The position numbers and the translations under genes are program-made. From the NCBI GenBank assembly GCA_004212155.1, contig RXIG01000019.1:40892-104891 (forward strand): a stretch of DNA of 64,000 nucleotides. The letters are read 5' to 3'. This DNA comes from an archaeon (GTDB taxonomy: Archaea; Methanobacteriota_B; Thermococci; Methanofastidiosales; NM3). Below are positions 28,204 to 38,303 of this stretch, in pieces (within the stretch, counting starts at the first letter, position 1; every line of letters begins with the position of its first letter). The notes under the pieces were generated by a model, which was not told the DNA's origin, did no database searches, and worked only from the letters and a program-made list of their open reading frames with translations.

Positions 28204-29008
28204 TTCTCACGACATATCACTATTTTATCCTACTCCTGCGACGTTCCCATCCATCTCGGTGACGGGATCGTGGTGCGGGCTCATGTGCGACCACTGCAAC
28301 GCGCGATTCCTTCGCACCATGGCTGATGGCGCGCGCGAGGGCGTATACGACTCATGCCGCAACGCGTATGAGCACGGTGCCCAGGGGGCCCTCATCACGG
28401 GGGGTTCAACGAAGAGTGGGGCCGTACCCATCGACTACGGCGAGCTCGAACGTGCTTGCACGCTCACCCCGTTTCGCGTAAACGTCCATGCGGGCCTCAT
28501 CGAAGAGGTACCGCCGGTCTTGCGGTCGGTCTCTGCCGTGTCTATCGACATCCCACCCTCAACGCGCGTGGTGCACGAGGTCTACCACCTTGAAAGGACA
28601 CAGGACGATTACTTCTCCGTGGTGGAGGCCCTCGAAGAGGCGCGGGTGCACTATGTGCCCCATATCTGCATCGGCGCGGAATGGGGCACGGTGCGCGGCG
28701 AGGGTCAAACACTTGAGCGCCTCGCTTCGTATGGTTGCGAGGAGATTGTCCTCCTGTCGCTGCGGGTCCCGCCGGGAAGAGGGGGCATGTTCAAGCGTGT
28801 AACAGCACACGAATTCGAGGATACAATAAAAAAGGCACGCGAAATGTTTAAATGCATTGGGTTAGGATGTATGCGAGACCGTACATCTAAAAAAGAAAAA
28901 ATGTGGCACTACTTCGACAAAATAGCATGGCCCTCAAAAATAGTAAAAGACGAATTAGCACGAAGTGAACGTACGTTCCATACGTACGAAACATGTTGTG
29001 CGGTGTAA
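28196..29008 (+). CDS. lipS1: Archaeal lipoyl synthase subunit LipS1 (radical SAM)
   Basis: CGLMCDHC, GCMR and C-terminal CC motifs; adjacent to lipS2 and lipoate ligase. Confidence 0.75.
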   Translation: MSNSHDISLFYPTPATFPSISVTGSWCGLMCDHCNARFLRTMADGAREGVYDSCRNAYEHGAQGALITGGSTKSGAVPIDYGELERACTLTPFRVNVHAGLIEEVPPVLRSVSAVSIDIPPSTRVVHEVYHLERTQDDYFSVVEALEEARVHYVPHICIGAEWGTVRGEGQTLERLASYGCEEIVLLSLRVPPGRGGMFKRVTAHEFEDTIKKAREMFKCIGLGCMRDRTSKKEKMWHYFDKIAWPSKIVKDELARSERTFHTYETCCAV

Positions 29009-29013
29009 AAGAT

Positions 29014-29925
29014 ATGGATGTTAGATTATCATGTGGAAGTGAGGCCGCATTAGGACTGCGAACGATGAAAACGTGCGTTCCCACTGAAACAATATATATC
29101 ATGACCCGGGGCATATGTCAAGCTTCGTGCGCATTCTGTGCGCAATCGACGGGCGAGGAAAGCTGTATGCTCTCCCGCATCAGATGGAATATATGGGACT
29201 TCGAGGACATCGTTGATCTCCTGCACGACCAGAACAGGGTCTGCATACAATGCCTCAACTATCCCGAGGTGTTCGAGGACCTCTATGAGATGGTCAAGCG
29301 TATCAAATGCCCTGTATCCGTCTCTGCCCAGCCATTTACCATTGACGAGATGCGGGCGTTATCAGAACATGTCGACAGGCTGAGCATCAGCCTTGACTGC
29401 TTCACCAAGGAGCTCTTCGAGAAGTACAAGCCATTCTACAACTGGGACCTCCACTGGGTGCGCATGAGAAAGGCGGTCGAGATATTCGGCGAGGGAAACG
29501 TGATATCCCACATGATCGTCGGCCTTGGCGAGACGGAACGCGAGGCTGTCGTTACCTTGGACGAGCTCATAAGGACCGGGGTGCGCCCATCCCTTTTTGC
29601 TCTCACACCGCTCAAGGGCACGGCACTTGAGGGTATGCCCGCCCCCGACCTTGGCACTTACCGTCGTCTGCAGATGGCACGCTACCTCCTTCTGGAAAGG
29701 TGCATCGATAAAGAGGACATACGCTACGATGAGGATGACATGATCTCCTCGTTTGGGATCGATGTGTCAAAAACTGTCGATCCAGAAGCATTCATGACAC
29801 AGGGCTGCCCGAACTGCAACAGGCCTTTTTTCAATGAGAAACCCGGCAGGACCCCCTACAACTTCCCATGCGATATATCCGAAAGCGAATACATGGCCAT
29901 CATCAAGCATGCCAATGTCGATTGA
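29014..29925 (+). CDS. lipS2: Archaeal lipoyl synthase subunit LipS2 (radical SAM)
   Basis: CQASCAFC and TQGCPNCNRP motifs. Confidence 0.75.
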   Translation: MDVRLSCGSEAALGLRTMKTCVPTETIYIMTRGICQASCAFCAQSTGEESCMLSRIRWNIWDFEDIVDLLHDQNRVCIQCLNYPEVFEDLYEMVKRIKCPVSVSAQPFTIDEMRALSEHVDRLSISLDCFTKELFEKYKPFYNWDLHWVRMRKAVEIFGEGNVISHMIVGLGETEREAVVTLDELIRTGVRPSLFALTPLKGTALEGMPAPDLGTYRRLQMARYLLLERCIDKEDIRYDEDDMISSFGIDVSKTVDPEAFMTQGCPNCNRPFFNEKPGRTPYNFPCDISESEYMAIIKHANVD

Positions 29926-30682
29926 TGTGAACGCCATGGACCTCCTTCCCTTCCGACGCGACCGCGGTTCCCTTGCTATGGGCATTGACGAGGCACTGCT
30001 CGAAGCGCGCGTTGAGGGATCGATCGGCGACATGGTGCGTTTCTACCAGTTTTATCCTTCTGCGGTCACGCTCGGTCGATTCCAGCGCATCGACGCATCT
30101 GTCCGACGCGACGTATGCGAGCGCGAGGGCATCGACATCACCCGAAGAACGACAGGAGGGGGCACGGTCTTCCACGACGCTGCCGGCGAGATAACGTATG
30201 CCGTCATCATGGGCATACCCCCGGACCTTGACACGATCACGCGTTCGTACGAGCGCATATGCTCGGGGCTCGTTGCTGCGCTTGACAGCCTTGGCATCAT
30301 GGCTACGTTTAGCCCCATCAACGACGTGGTGGTCGGTACGAAAAAGATCTCCGGATCGGCCCAGACGCGACGAAAAGGCATGTTGCTCCAGCACGGAACT
30401 CTCCTCTATAAGACCGATATTGAGCAGCTGGCGCGTGTCCTCAATGTTTCTTCCGAGAAGCTCTCTGACAAACATGTGACCTCGCTTGCAGAACGCGTAA
30501 CAACAATAGAACGTGAACGCGGCACCACATCGTTTGAGGATGTGATGGACGCACTGCGTTCAGGATTCTCATCAGCACTCGGTGACCTGGCAAAGTGCGA
30601 GCTCCCCCCAGGAGTGATCGAGCGCGCGCACGAGCTTGAAAATGCCAAGTACACGAATTTGGCATATATACTTTCAAGATGA
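29915..30682 (+). CDS. Lipoate/octanoate-protein ligase catalytic domain (LplA/LipM family)
   Basis: RRTTGGGTVFHD, NDVVVGTKKISGSAQ, QHGTL. Confidence 0.9.
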   Translation: MSIDVNAMDLLPFRRDRGSLAMGIDEALLEARVEGSIGDMVRFYQFYPSAVTLGRFQRIDASVRRDVCEREGIDITRRTTGGGTVFHDAAGEITYAVIMGIPPDLDTITRSYERICSGLVAALDSLGIMATFSPINDVVVGTKKISGSAQTRRKGMLLQHGTLLYKTDIEQLARVLNVSSEKLSDKHVTSLAERVTTIERERGTTSFEDVMDALRSGFSSALGDLAKCELPPGVIERAHELENAKYTNLAYILSR

Positions 30683-30805
30683 AGGTGCGCCCACCCTTGG
30701 GAAACGCATCGGTTCCTGTGGGGCAACGTAGATGTCGCTTCGAAGAATATACCAGAACTGAGAAATATTTATATGGTCGCTCATCAATGCTTGTATGGTG
30801 ATTTT

Positions 30806-31909
30806 TTGACCTATGAACAACAAGTAGCAAAGATCCTTACCAATTATTCCCTTACGATACAGCCCGGACAAGAAGTGGCAATATTTGGGGACGTGGCTGC
30901 AAAGCCCCTGCTCAAGGAGATCTATGCCGAAGTGCTCAGGCTGGGGGCTCATCCCACGCTCGTGCCCATGTTCGGCGAGTTCAAGGAGATCTATTTCAAA
31001 TATGCATCCGAGAAGCAGCTCTCGCACGAAAGCTACATCTCCAAGGCTTTATACAGCACTACCGACCACATCATCAATGTGTGGACGGAAACGAACACGA
31101 AACGATTGAGCGCTGTCGACCCTCACAAGATCACGATGAATCAGAAGGCAAATACGGCAATCATCAAGACGCTCATGGACCGCGAGGCGCGCGGCGAGCT
31201 CTCATGGACGCTTACCGTCTACCCTTCAAACTCCCTTGCGCAGGAGGCGTCGATGTCGCTGCTCGACTACAATGACTTCGTCTACAAGGCGTGCCATCTC
31301 GACAGTGACGACCCAATCGCCGACTGGAAGGCGATATCGGACCATCAGGCCACGATATGCGAATGGCTAAACACCAAAAAGAAGCTTCACTTCGTTGGCG
31401 AGGACACAGACCTTACGATGTCGATCGACGGAAGGACATGGGTCAACTGCGATGGCAAGAAGAACTTCCCCGACGGGGAGGTCTTCACGGGGCCGGTCGA
31501 GGACACGGTCAATGGCACGATCCGCTTTACCTATCCGCTGATCTACCTTGGAAACGAGATAGAGGACGTGCGGCTCACGTTCAAGGACGGCGAGGTCGTC
31601 GATTCGTCCGCCACCAAGGGCGAGGCGCTCCTCAAACAGGTCCTCGAGATCGATGAGGGCTCAAAACGCGTCGGTGAGATAGCCATCGGCACGAATTACG
31701 GCATCACGCGATTCACGAAACACATGCTCTTCGACGAGAAGATAGGCGGAACGATGCACCTCGCCCTCGGACGCTCAATCCCCGAGTCTGGCGGGACCAA
31801 CATGTCGGCGATACATCTCGACATCCTCAAGGACATGACCAACGGCGGGAAAGTCTATGCCGACGACGAGCTCTTCTACGAGAACGGCAAGTTCCTCATC
31901 GGAGAGTGA
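30806..31909 (+). CDS. Aminopeptidase, M29 (AmpS/AmpT) family, paralog 1
   Basis: NFPDGEVFT, GEIAIG, FDEKIGGTMHLALG, SAIHLD; TTG start after GGTGA. Confidence 0.9.
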   Translation: MTYEQQVAKILTNYSLTIQPGQEVAIFGDVAAKPLLKEIYAEVLRLGAHPTLVPMFGEFKEIYFKYASEKQLSHESYISKALYSTTDHIINVWTETNTKRLSAVDPHKITMNQKANTAIIKTLMDREARGELSWTLTVYPSNSLAQEASMSLLDYNDFVYKACHLDSDDPIADWKAISDHQATICEWLNTKKKLHFVGEDTDLTMSIDGRTWVNCDGKKNFPDGEVFTGPVEDTVNGTIRFTYPLIYLGNEIEDVRLTFKDGEVVDSSATKGEALLKQVLEIDEGSKRVGEIAIGTNYGITRFTKHMLFDEKIGGTMHLALGRSIPESGGTNMSAIHLDILKDMTNGGKVYADDELFYENGKFLIGE

Positions 31910-31914
31910 TTCGC

Positions 31915-33021
31915 ATGGCAGACGAATACATGAAGAAGATGGCATCGCTTCTTGTCAACTACTCCACACAGGTAAAGGAGGGCGACGCAGTGGTCATCGC
32001 GGCCGATGCGTCGGCGCGCGACATGATGCTCGAGATCTACCGTGAGGTGCTACGCGCCGGCGGCATACCCATGATCGTACCCCAGTTCGAGGATGCAAGC
32101 TACATCTTCTACGCTACCGCGAGCGATGCGCAACTCGATGCCGTCCATCCGCTCATGGACGATATCGCGAAAAAGACCGACGTATCGATCCAGCTCCTTG
32201 CAGGTACGAACTTGAAGAGCCTCTCGACCATCGACCCCTCGCGAATTGCACGCCGCAGCAAGGCGCAATCGTATCTCATGGATATCTTTATGGAACGACA
32301 GGCTAAAAAGGAACTACGATGGGTCCTAGGCCCCTATCCATCACCCGCATACGCCCAGGAGGCGTCGATGTCGACCGAGGCCTACGAGGAGTTCGTCTAC
32401 AAAGCGTGCCTCCTCGACGCCGACGATCCGGTGGCCGAATGGCAGCGCCTCTCGAAGGTGCAGCAGGTCGTATGCGACTACCTGGAGAAGTGTTCCGAGC
32501 TGAGGTATGTCGGGGTGGACACCGACCTGACGATGTCGATCAAGGGACGAACGTGGATCAATTGCGACGGTGACAACAACATGCCAGACGGCGAGGTCTT
32601 TACCGGCCCCGTGGAGGACTCGGTCAACGGCACGATCAGATTCACATACCCCGCCATCTACCATGGGAACGAGGTAGAGGATGTGCGCCTCACTTTCAAG
32701 GACGGCAAGGTCGTCGAGGCGCGTGCATCAAAGGGCGAGGCATTCCTCAACAAGATGCTCGACACCGACGAGGGCGCACGCTACGTTGGTGAGGCAGCTA
32801 TCGGCACAAACGCGGGCATCACCCACTTCTCAAAGAACATGCTCTTCGACGAGAAGATGGGGGGAACGATACACATCGCGCTTGGCGCAGGCTATCCGGA
32901 GACCGGTTCGACCAACAAATCCTCGATACACTGGGACATCCTCAAGGACATGAAGGATGGCGGCAAGGTCTATGCCGACGACGAGCTCATCTACGAGGAT
33001 GGAACGTTCCTTATCCTCTAA
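31915..33021 (+). CDS. Aminopeptidase, M29 (AmpS/AmpT) family, paralog 2
   Basis: NMPDGEVFT, GEAAIG, FDEKMGGTIHIALGAGY, SSIHWD. Confidence 0.9.
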   Translation: MADEYMKKMASLLVNYSTQVKEGDAVVIAADASARDMMLEIYREVLRAGGIPMIVPQFEDASYIFYATASDAQLDAVHPLMDDIAKKTDVSIQLLAGTNLKSLSTIDPSRIARRSKAQSYLMDIFMERQAKKELRWVLGPYPSPAYAQEASMSTEAYEEFVYKACLLDADDPVAEWQRLSKVQQVVCDYLEKCSELRYVGVDTDLTMSIKGRTWINCDGDNNMPDGEVFTGPVEDSVNGTIRFTYPAIYHGNEVEDVRLTFKDGKVVEARASKGEAFLNKMLDTDEGARYVGEAAIGTNAGITHFSKNMLFDEKMGGTIHIALGAGYPETGSTNKSSIHWDILKDMKDGGKVYADDELIYEDGTFLIL

Positions 33022-33076
33022 TCTTCCACTTTTTCTTTCACATATCTTTTTAATGTAGGGATAGTTCAGTGGATGT

Positions 33077-33643
33077 ATGGCAGTTGAGGCACTTGCAGCA
33101 AGCTTTGCACTGGTGGCATTGGCCGAACTTGGCGACAAGACACAGCTTGCCATCTTCTCGTTCTCGGCCAAGTACAGGCACCGGATGCCCATCATCATTG
33201 GCATCGCGCTGGGATTCGCTCTCGTCGACGGACTTGCCGTTGTGTTCGGACAGGCCATCACGACGTTTATCTCGCAGGACGTGCTCAACATAGCCACGAG
33301 CATCGCATTCATAGTGTTTGGTATCTACTTCCTGCTACATACCGAAAACGAGGAAGAAGTCCAGAGAAAAGGGAAAAAATCGCTGTTCTTTTCGTCCTTT
33401 GCCCTTATCACAGCAATGGAGATGGGTGACAAGACCCAGCTGCTCACCATCACGCTTGCTGCACAATACGATGCTCCGCTGGCGGTGTTCGCAGGTTCGT
33501 GGGGCGCACTCATGACCCTTTCGCTCATTGCCCTCCTCGTAGGGCGCACTATTGCCCAGAGGGTAGCATCCCACAGGATACAATACCTGTCAGGGGCGCT
33601 CTTCATCCTTCTTGGTATCGCGGGATTGTTGCGATTCGCGTAG
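33077..33643 (+). CDS. TMEM165/GDT1 (UPF0016) Ca2+/Mn2+ transporter
   Basis: Two E-x-G-D-K-T motifs (ELGDKT, EMGDKT). Confidence 0.92.
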   Translation: MAVEALAASFALVALAELGDKTQLAIFSFSAKYRHRMPIIIGIALGFALVDGLAVVFGQAITTFISQDVLNIATSIAFIVFGIYFLLHTENEEEVQRKGKKSLFFSSFALITAMEMGDKTQLLTITLAAQYDAPLAVFAGSWGALMTLSLIALLVGRTIAQRVASHRIQYLSGALFILLGIAGLLRFA

Positions 33644-33673
33644 ATTTATAAACGAGGAGACGATGTGTAGTGT

Positions 33674-33928
33674 ATGGAGATCTTCATTGCATCCGAAGCG
33701 ATCGTCATTCCCCCTTACATGCTAGAGGAGATGGGTATATCGCCTGATGACAGGATCATTATGACGGCGAGCAAGGGAAAGGTGATCATCGAACGGTACG
33801 AGAGCAGGCGCCTCGCGGAGATGCTCGCCAAGGAACTGCGCGGCGTGGAACGAGACAGGATCGTGCGCGACACGGAGGAGAAGGTATATGAACGACTCTG
33901 GGAAGAATACCCCTTCCTTCGTGATTGA
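33674..33928 (+). CDS. AbrB/MazE-like small DNA-binding protein (putative antitoxin)
   Basis: IVIPPYMLEEMGISPDDRI...GKVIIE swapped-hairpin pattern; TTTATAAA promoter about 25 nt upstream. Confidence 0.6.
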   Translation: MEIFIASEAIVIPPYMLEEMGISPDDRIIMTASKGKVIIERYESRRLAEMLAKELRGVERDRIVRDTEEKVYERLWEEYPFLRD

Positions 33929-34379
33929 CCACGAGCTCGTCTCCGACATCATACGCAATCCTTCGAAACATCAGTCGGAGATCGAGGCGGTCATCAAGGC
34001 CAGCACCTCGCCTGAAGTGAGGCTGGTCGACTCGGACATGGGGCGATACTACCTGCAGCATTTGATGATGAGCGCCCGTTACTACTACCTCATGAAGGAC
34101 TTCTTCTGGACGCACAAGCTCAAGGCGCAGGAAACGCCTCAACTCACGTTCTTCATCCTTTCGGGACTCTACAAAGCGCTCGAGATTTGCGAGGTCGAAA
34201 CGGAAGCGCTCGAGGGGATGAGAGGCTTATTGAAAAAACACTCGGGGCTGGATGTGGTAATGTTCACCGTCGCGCGCAAGATGGGCGCAACTATCATCTC
34301 GAACAGGGACACTGTGCACAAAAACGCCCTTGGCATCGACGTGGTGGGCTCGGTGGAGTTCTTGTCCAGCATACGTTAA
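33888..34379 (+). CDS. Divergent PIN-domain (VapC-like) protein
   Basis: FVID beta-1 and LDVVMFTVARKMGATIISNRD C-terminal PIN-like segment; overlaps the AbrB-like gene. Confidence 0.45.
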   Translation: MNDSGKNTPSFVIDHELVSDIIRNPSKHQSEIEAVIKASTSPEVRLVDSDMGRYYLQHLMMSARYYYLMKDFFWTHKLKAQETPQLTFFILSGLYKALEICEVETEALEGMRGLLKKHSGLDVVMFTVARKMGATIISNRDTVHKNALGIDVVGSVEFLSSIR

Positions 34380-36802
34380 CCCTCTATCTTGCGTATGTGC
34401 GAACGAGCGCGTTTGGCCACCGTCTCATCTCCCACCGCAAGTGCTATGCGCTCCACGGCCTCAAGCTTGTGTATCACCTGATCGAGATACGAGAAGATGT
34501 CGCCCGCATATAGCTGGAGACCAAACTCGCGGGAAAAGTACGATGATATCGCACGTGGCGAGCTCTTGCCCATGCGCAAGTCGAGCAGTTGCCGCGATAC
34601 CTCCTGCGGAGGGTGTTCGCAAAACGGCGTGTCACACGAGCATGTGAAGAACTCCATGACGATCTTGAGCGCTGTCTCCTGTGCCGTGACGGGCAGCGAT
34701 GAGATCGCGTCTGCATCCTCGATCTTTTCCAACACCTCTCCGGAGAAGAGACGAGCGGAGTTCGTGTCAAGCATCGATTGTAACGCGCTGGTAAGATAGA
34801 CGTTCTCGAATGGCAGGAGGGAGATGGCCACATCCAGCGGGTCCCTTGAAAGGCCCTTGCGAATGCGAAGCGCATCCTCGACCGATAGAAAGCTTTGTGC
34901 GATAGCCCGACCAAATGGCGTCAGTGACTCCCCTTTCAAGACGCCGTGTTCGCGAAGCTCTCCGCGTTTTTCAAGCGGCAGGGGCCAGATGGCATGTTCG
35001 TTGAAGTCATCGATAGGGCGATGCCCTGTCGCGTAGCAGGCGATGAGGTCCTCCTTTTCCTGCTCGGGTGTCAGCACGAGCTCGACATCCTCGACCGAAC
35101 CCTCGATGAGCGAGAATGCAAGCACATCCTCCGACTCGCCGCGCACCGTCTTCAGGGGGTCAACGAGCAGGTAGACCTTCCCGCGCTCATGGAATCCTGG
35201 GCGGCCCGCACGTCCCAGCATCTGGTGGAACTCCCCGACGCGAAGCGGTTCTGCCCCCATTACCATCGACTCGAGCACCACTGCGGAGGATGGAAAATCG
35301 ACGCCTGCGGAGAGTGCGGCGGTGGTGACGATGCACTGAAGCCTTTGCTTCCAGTACGCTCGCTCGATCTTGACGCGCTCAGCGTACGAAAGGCCCGAGT
35401 GGTAGCTTGCCGCTGAGAGACCCTTGGCATTGAGGTATGAAGCTAGCTGGCTGCATTTGAGGCGCGAGTTTGTAAACACCATCGTCTGTCCGTGGTATCC
35501 CGCCTCCGAGACGGAGTCCCACTCCTTTTTCACGATGCGTTTGATGACCTCCTTCTTCCTGCCCTCATCCTTGAAGATGAGGTGACGCTCGAGGGGGATG
35601 GGTCGCTTGTCATAGACCACTGGGGTGAGTTCAAGGTCCTCGGCAAGCTCGGCAGCGTTGCCTATTGTTGCCGACAGGCCTATGATCTGTGCGCGGGGAT
35701 GGAGCGTTCTCAGGCGTGTGATAAGCCCTGCGAGGCGATATCCCCTCTCCGGGTCAGAGAGCATATGGACCTCGTCGATGACCACACATCCGATCTCACC
35801 GATGTCCATGCCCGAACGAAGCACATAGTCAAGGCCCTCGTAGGTGCCTACAATGATGTCTGCGGCAAGGTCGCTGTCGATGACGACGAGGTCGTCGGCC
35901 GACTTGATGCGGGACATGCCCACGCGGATCGATACCGAATGACGCTTGCCCCACCGTTTCCTGAAATCGCCATACTTTTGGTTCGCCAGCGCAACGAGCG
36001 GGGTGAGGAAGATGAACTTGCGTCCGGCAGAGACGCTCATGATCCCCGCCATCTCAGCAATGAGCGTCTTGCCAGATGCCGTAGCGCTCGCGACGAGGAG
36101 GCTTTGCCCATCAAGCAATCCTTTCTCGAGCGCCAGCACCTGGACCGGCATGAACTTTTCTATGCCCGCACGCTGAACATAGCTGCGCACCGACGATGGA
36201 AGCGGATACGCATCGACGGAGACGGTCATGGCCCTCGTGTCTGCGGGCATGCTATCAAGGAGCGTAAGCTGTCCGTCGCGCATCACATCAGTTGCCGGGT
36301 CGAACATGCGTATCACACGGTCCACATCGCGCACGCGCTTGAGAATGGCAAGGATCTTGTCCGAGAACGCGATGTTTCTAAACTTCATCTCGCGTTCGAT
36401 CTCCTTTTTCGCACACGAGAGGCAGATACGCTCGCCGTGGCGCAGCGCATAGCGTTTCGATATGGCGGTGATGTAGCCCTCTATCGCACAGAATCGGCAG
36501 AGGTCGATGAGATAGACCTGTGTCCCTATACGCCTGAAGAACGCAACGAGTTCGGACTGCAGCTTTGCCGTCTCGGCGTCCTTCGAGATGTAGACGAGAT
36601 TCTTTCGTATCATCTCGGTGGCCACCTTCGGCTGCAAAATGCCTGCCTCGCCGCGGAACTTGGCTATCGAGAGACGCTCACCCTCCCGCCTAAAATCGAT
36701 GAAATACTTCGATGGCGTGGCCCTATTGACCTTCTTTGCACCCCGAAGCAGATTAAGCTCTATAGAGAGGCTTTTTCCAGGTAATTTTCGGACGATGAGC
36801 AT
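34376..36802 (-). CDS. Archaeal superfamily II DEAD/DEAH helicase (COG1202/DUF5814 type)
   Basis: ATASGKT, DEVH, SAT, QMLGRAGR, two Cys clusters; start MLIVRK. Confidence 0.9.
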   Translation of the reverse strand: MLIVRKLPGKSLSIELNLLRGAKKVNRATPSKYFIDFRREGERLSIAKFRGEAGILQPKVATEMIRKNLVYISKDAETAKLQSELVAFFRRIGTQVYLIDLCRFCAIEGYITAISKRYALRHGERICLSCAKKEIEREMKFRNIAFSDKILAILKRVRDVDRVIRMFDPATDVMRDGQLTLLDSMPADTRAMTVSVDAYPLPSSVRSYVQRAGIEKFMPVQVLALEKGLLDGQSLLVASATASGKTLIAEMAGIMSVSAGRKFIFLTPLVALANQKYGDFRKRWGKRHSVSIRVGMSRIKSADDLVVIDSDLAADIIVGTYEGLDYVLRSGMDIGEIGCVVIDEVHMLSDPERGYRLAGLITRLRTLHPRAQIIGLSATIGNAAELAEDLELTPVVYDKRPIPLERHLIFKDEGRKKEVIKRIVKKEWDSVSEAGYHGQTMVFTNSRLKCSQLASYLNAKGLSAASYHSGLSYAERVKIERAYWKQRLQCIVTTAALSAGVDFPSSAVVLESMVMGAEPLRVGEFHQMLGRAGRPGFHERGKVYLLVDPLKTVRGESEDVLAFSLIEGSVEDVELVLTPEQEKEDLIACYATGHRPIDDFNEHAIWPLPLEKRGELREHGVLKGESLTPFGRAIAQSFLSVEDALRIRKGLSRDPLDVAISLLPFENVYLTSALQSMLDTNSARLFSGEVLEKIEDADAISSLPVTAQETALKIVMEFFTCSCDTPFCEHPPQEVSRQLLDLRMGKSSPRAISSYFSREFGLQLYAGDIFSYLDQVIHKLEAVERIALAVGDETVAKRARSHIRKIEG

Positions 36803-36854
36803 GTGACCACAGCTTTTTAAACTTCGAATTGCTAATAAAAGTATTGGTGAACCG

Positions 36855-38303
36855 ATGGGTACCCTTTTCGATGAACTTGTTGGTCTCTTGGGGAACCGCA
36901 AGGTCACGTGCGATCCGATCGACCTGTTTCCCTACAGCAGGGACTGGTGTCCCCTTGAGCATGACCATGACTTCTTGCCCGAGGCGGTATGCCTTCCCTC
37001 AACGACTGAGGAGGTCGCAGACATACTCAACCTTGCTTCCAAGCGAGGCGTTCCCGTCGTGGCATGGGGAGGGGGCACGGGCATGGGCGGCGACTGCATC
37101 GCCGTTGACGGAGGCATCGTCATCGCCACCAGGCAGCTAAACAACGTTGTCGAACTCGATGAGGAGAACCGTACGATCACCGTGCAGGCGGGCATCACCA
37201 TCGAGGACGTCAACGAAGTGCTTGCCCGGTACGGCCTATGGTTCCCTCACGACCCCGAATCGAAACCGACCTCGACGGTCGGTGCGGCGATCGCATGCGA
37301 CAACAACGGCACATTCGGGCTGCGCTACGGCAGCATGGTCGACCTCCTTTTGAGCGCGCGCGTCGTACTGTCGACAGGTGAGATCATTGATGCGGGCCCC
37401 CGCAAGGCGCATACGACCTCCACGGGATACAAGCTGCACTATCTGATGCTTGGCGCCCAGGGCACCCTTGGCATCGTTACCGAGGCGACCCTCGCGGTCC
37501 ACCCGCTGCCCCCATCGCGGGAGGTGTCGCTTTGGCTCTTGCCCTCGATGCAGTCGGGCATCGATATACTCTATTCCCTCCACAGGGCGGGCGTCTGGCT
37601 TGAATCTGCGCATATCAACGACCGCTACCGCCTGGATTACTACACCCATGCATACCAAGAGAGGACGGGAAATGACGTGACGATCCCGGAGGGATATCAG
37701 GCACTCCTTGGCGTGAGCGTTGCTGGAGACGACGACGTGGTCGCATGGACGATGAAGAAGATGGGCACCGTCATCGCCGATGGGGGTGGCAGGCGGTTGG
37801 ACAACCCTGAACTCGAAGAGGCATGGTGGGCATCCAAGCATACGCTCTCGTGGGAGAAGAACAAATGGTCGTCCTCGCAAAAGGAGGCAAAGTTCGGCGC
37901 CGCTGACGTCGCCGTGCCGGTGGGGCGCGTGCAGGACATCTACGACACGTTCGTACAAAGCGCCACGTCACGCGGACTCCCCATCGTCGGTGTCGCCGTC
38001 TACAATGCGCGTCCGCACGTATCGCCCTCGCTAAGCTGTGCCGTCTATGTCGACGACCACGATCCGCTGAGCGTCTTTTCGTTTTACCGGTACCTCGACG
38101 ACATGGCGCGTGCGGCACTCTCGATGCAGGGGACGATGAGCAGCTATATCGGCGACGGCATGCGCCTGCGCCACCTTGCACGAGCCGAACATGGGCGCGG
38201 CCTCGATGTGATGTGGAGGGTCAAAGATGCGCTCGACCCGTCGCACACACTCAATCCTCACAAGATCTTCCCAGACGATATCGAGCGGGGGAGACCACCG
38301 TGA
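36855..38303 (+). CDS. FAD-binding oxidoreductase (GlcD/D-lactate dehydrogenase-like)
   Basis: WGGGTGMGG, FPHDPES, GAQGTLGIVTE, ALDPSHTLNPHK. Confidence 0.85.
   Translation: MGTLFDELVGLLGNRKVTCDPIDLFPYSRDWCPLEHDHDFLPEAVCLPSTTEEVADILNLASKRGVPVVAWGGGTGMGGDCIAVDGGIVIATRQLNNVVELDEENRTITVQAGITIEDVNEVLARYGLWFPHDPESKPTSTVGAAIACDNNGTFGLRYGSMVDLLLSARVVLSTGEIIDAGPRKAHTTSTGYKLHYLMLGAQGTLGIVTEATLAVHPLPPSREVSLWLLPSMQSGIDILYSLHRAGVWLESAHINDRYRLDYYTHAYQERTGNDVTIPEGYQALLGVSVAGDDDVVAWTMKKMGTVIADGGGRRLDNPELEEAWWASKHTLSWEKNKWSSSQKEAKFGAADVAVPVGRVQDIYDTFVQSATSRGLPIVGVAVYNARPHVSPSLSCAVYVDDHDPLSVFSFYRYLDDMARAALSMQGTMSSYIGDGMRLRHLARAEHGRGLDVMWRVKDALDPSHTLNPHKIFPDDIERGRPP

Noticed and set aside
30686-30725. Small hairpin with GGAA...TTCC after the lipoate ligase
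   Set aside because: The spacer is 9 nt, not the NrpR N6; weak stem that may be incidental
35492-36784. 430-aa plus-strand ORF
   Set aside because: Antisense shadow of the SF2 helicase
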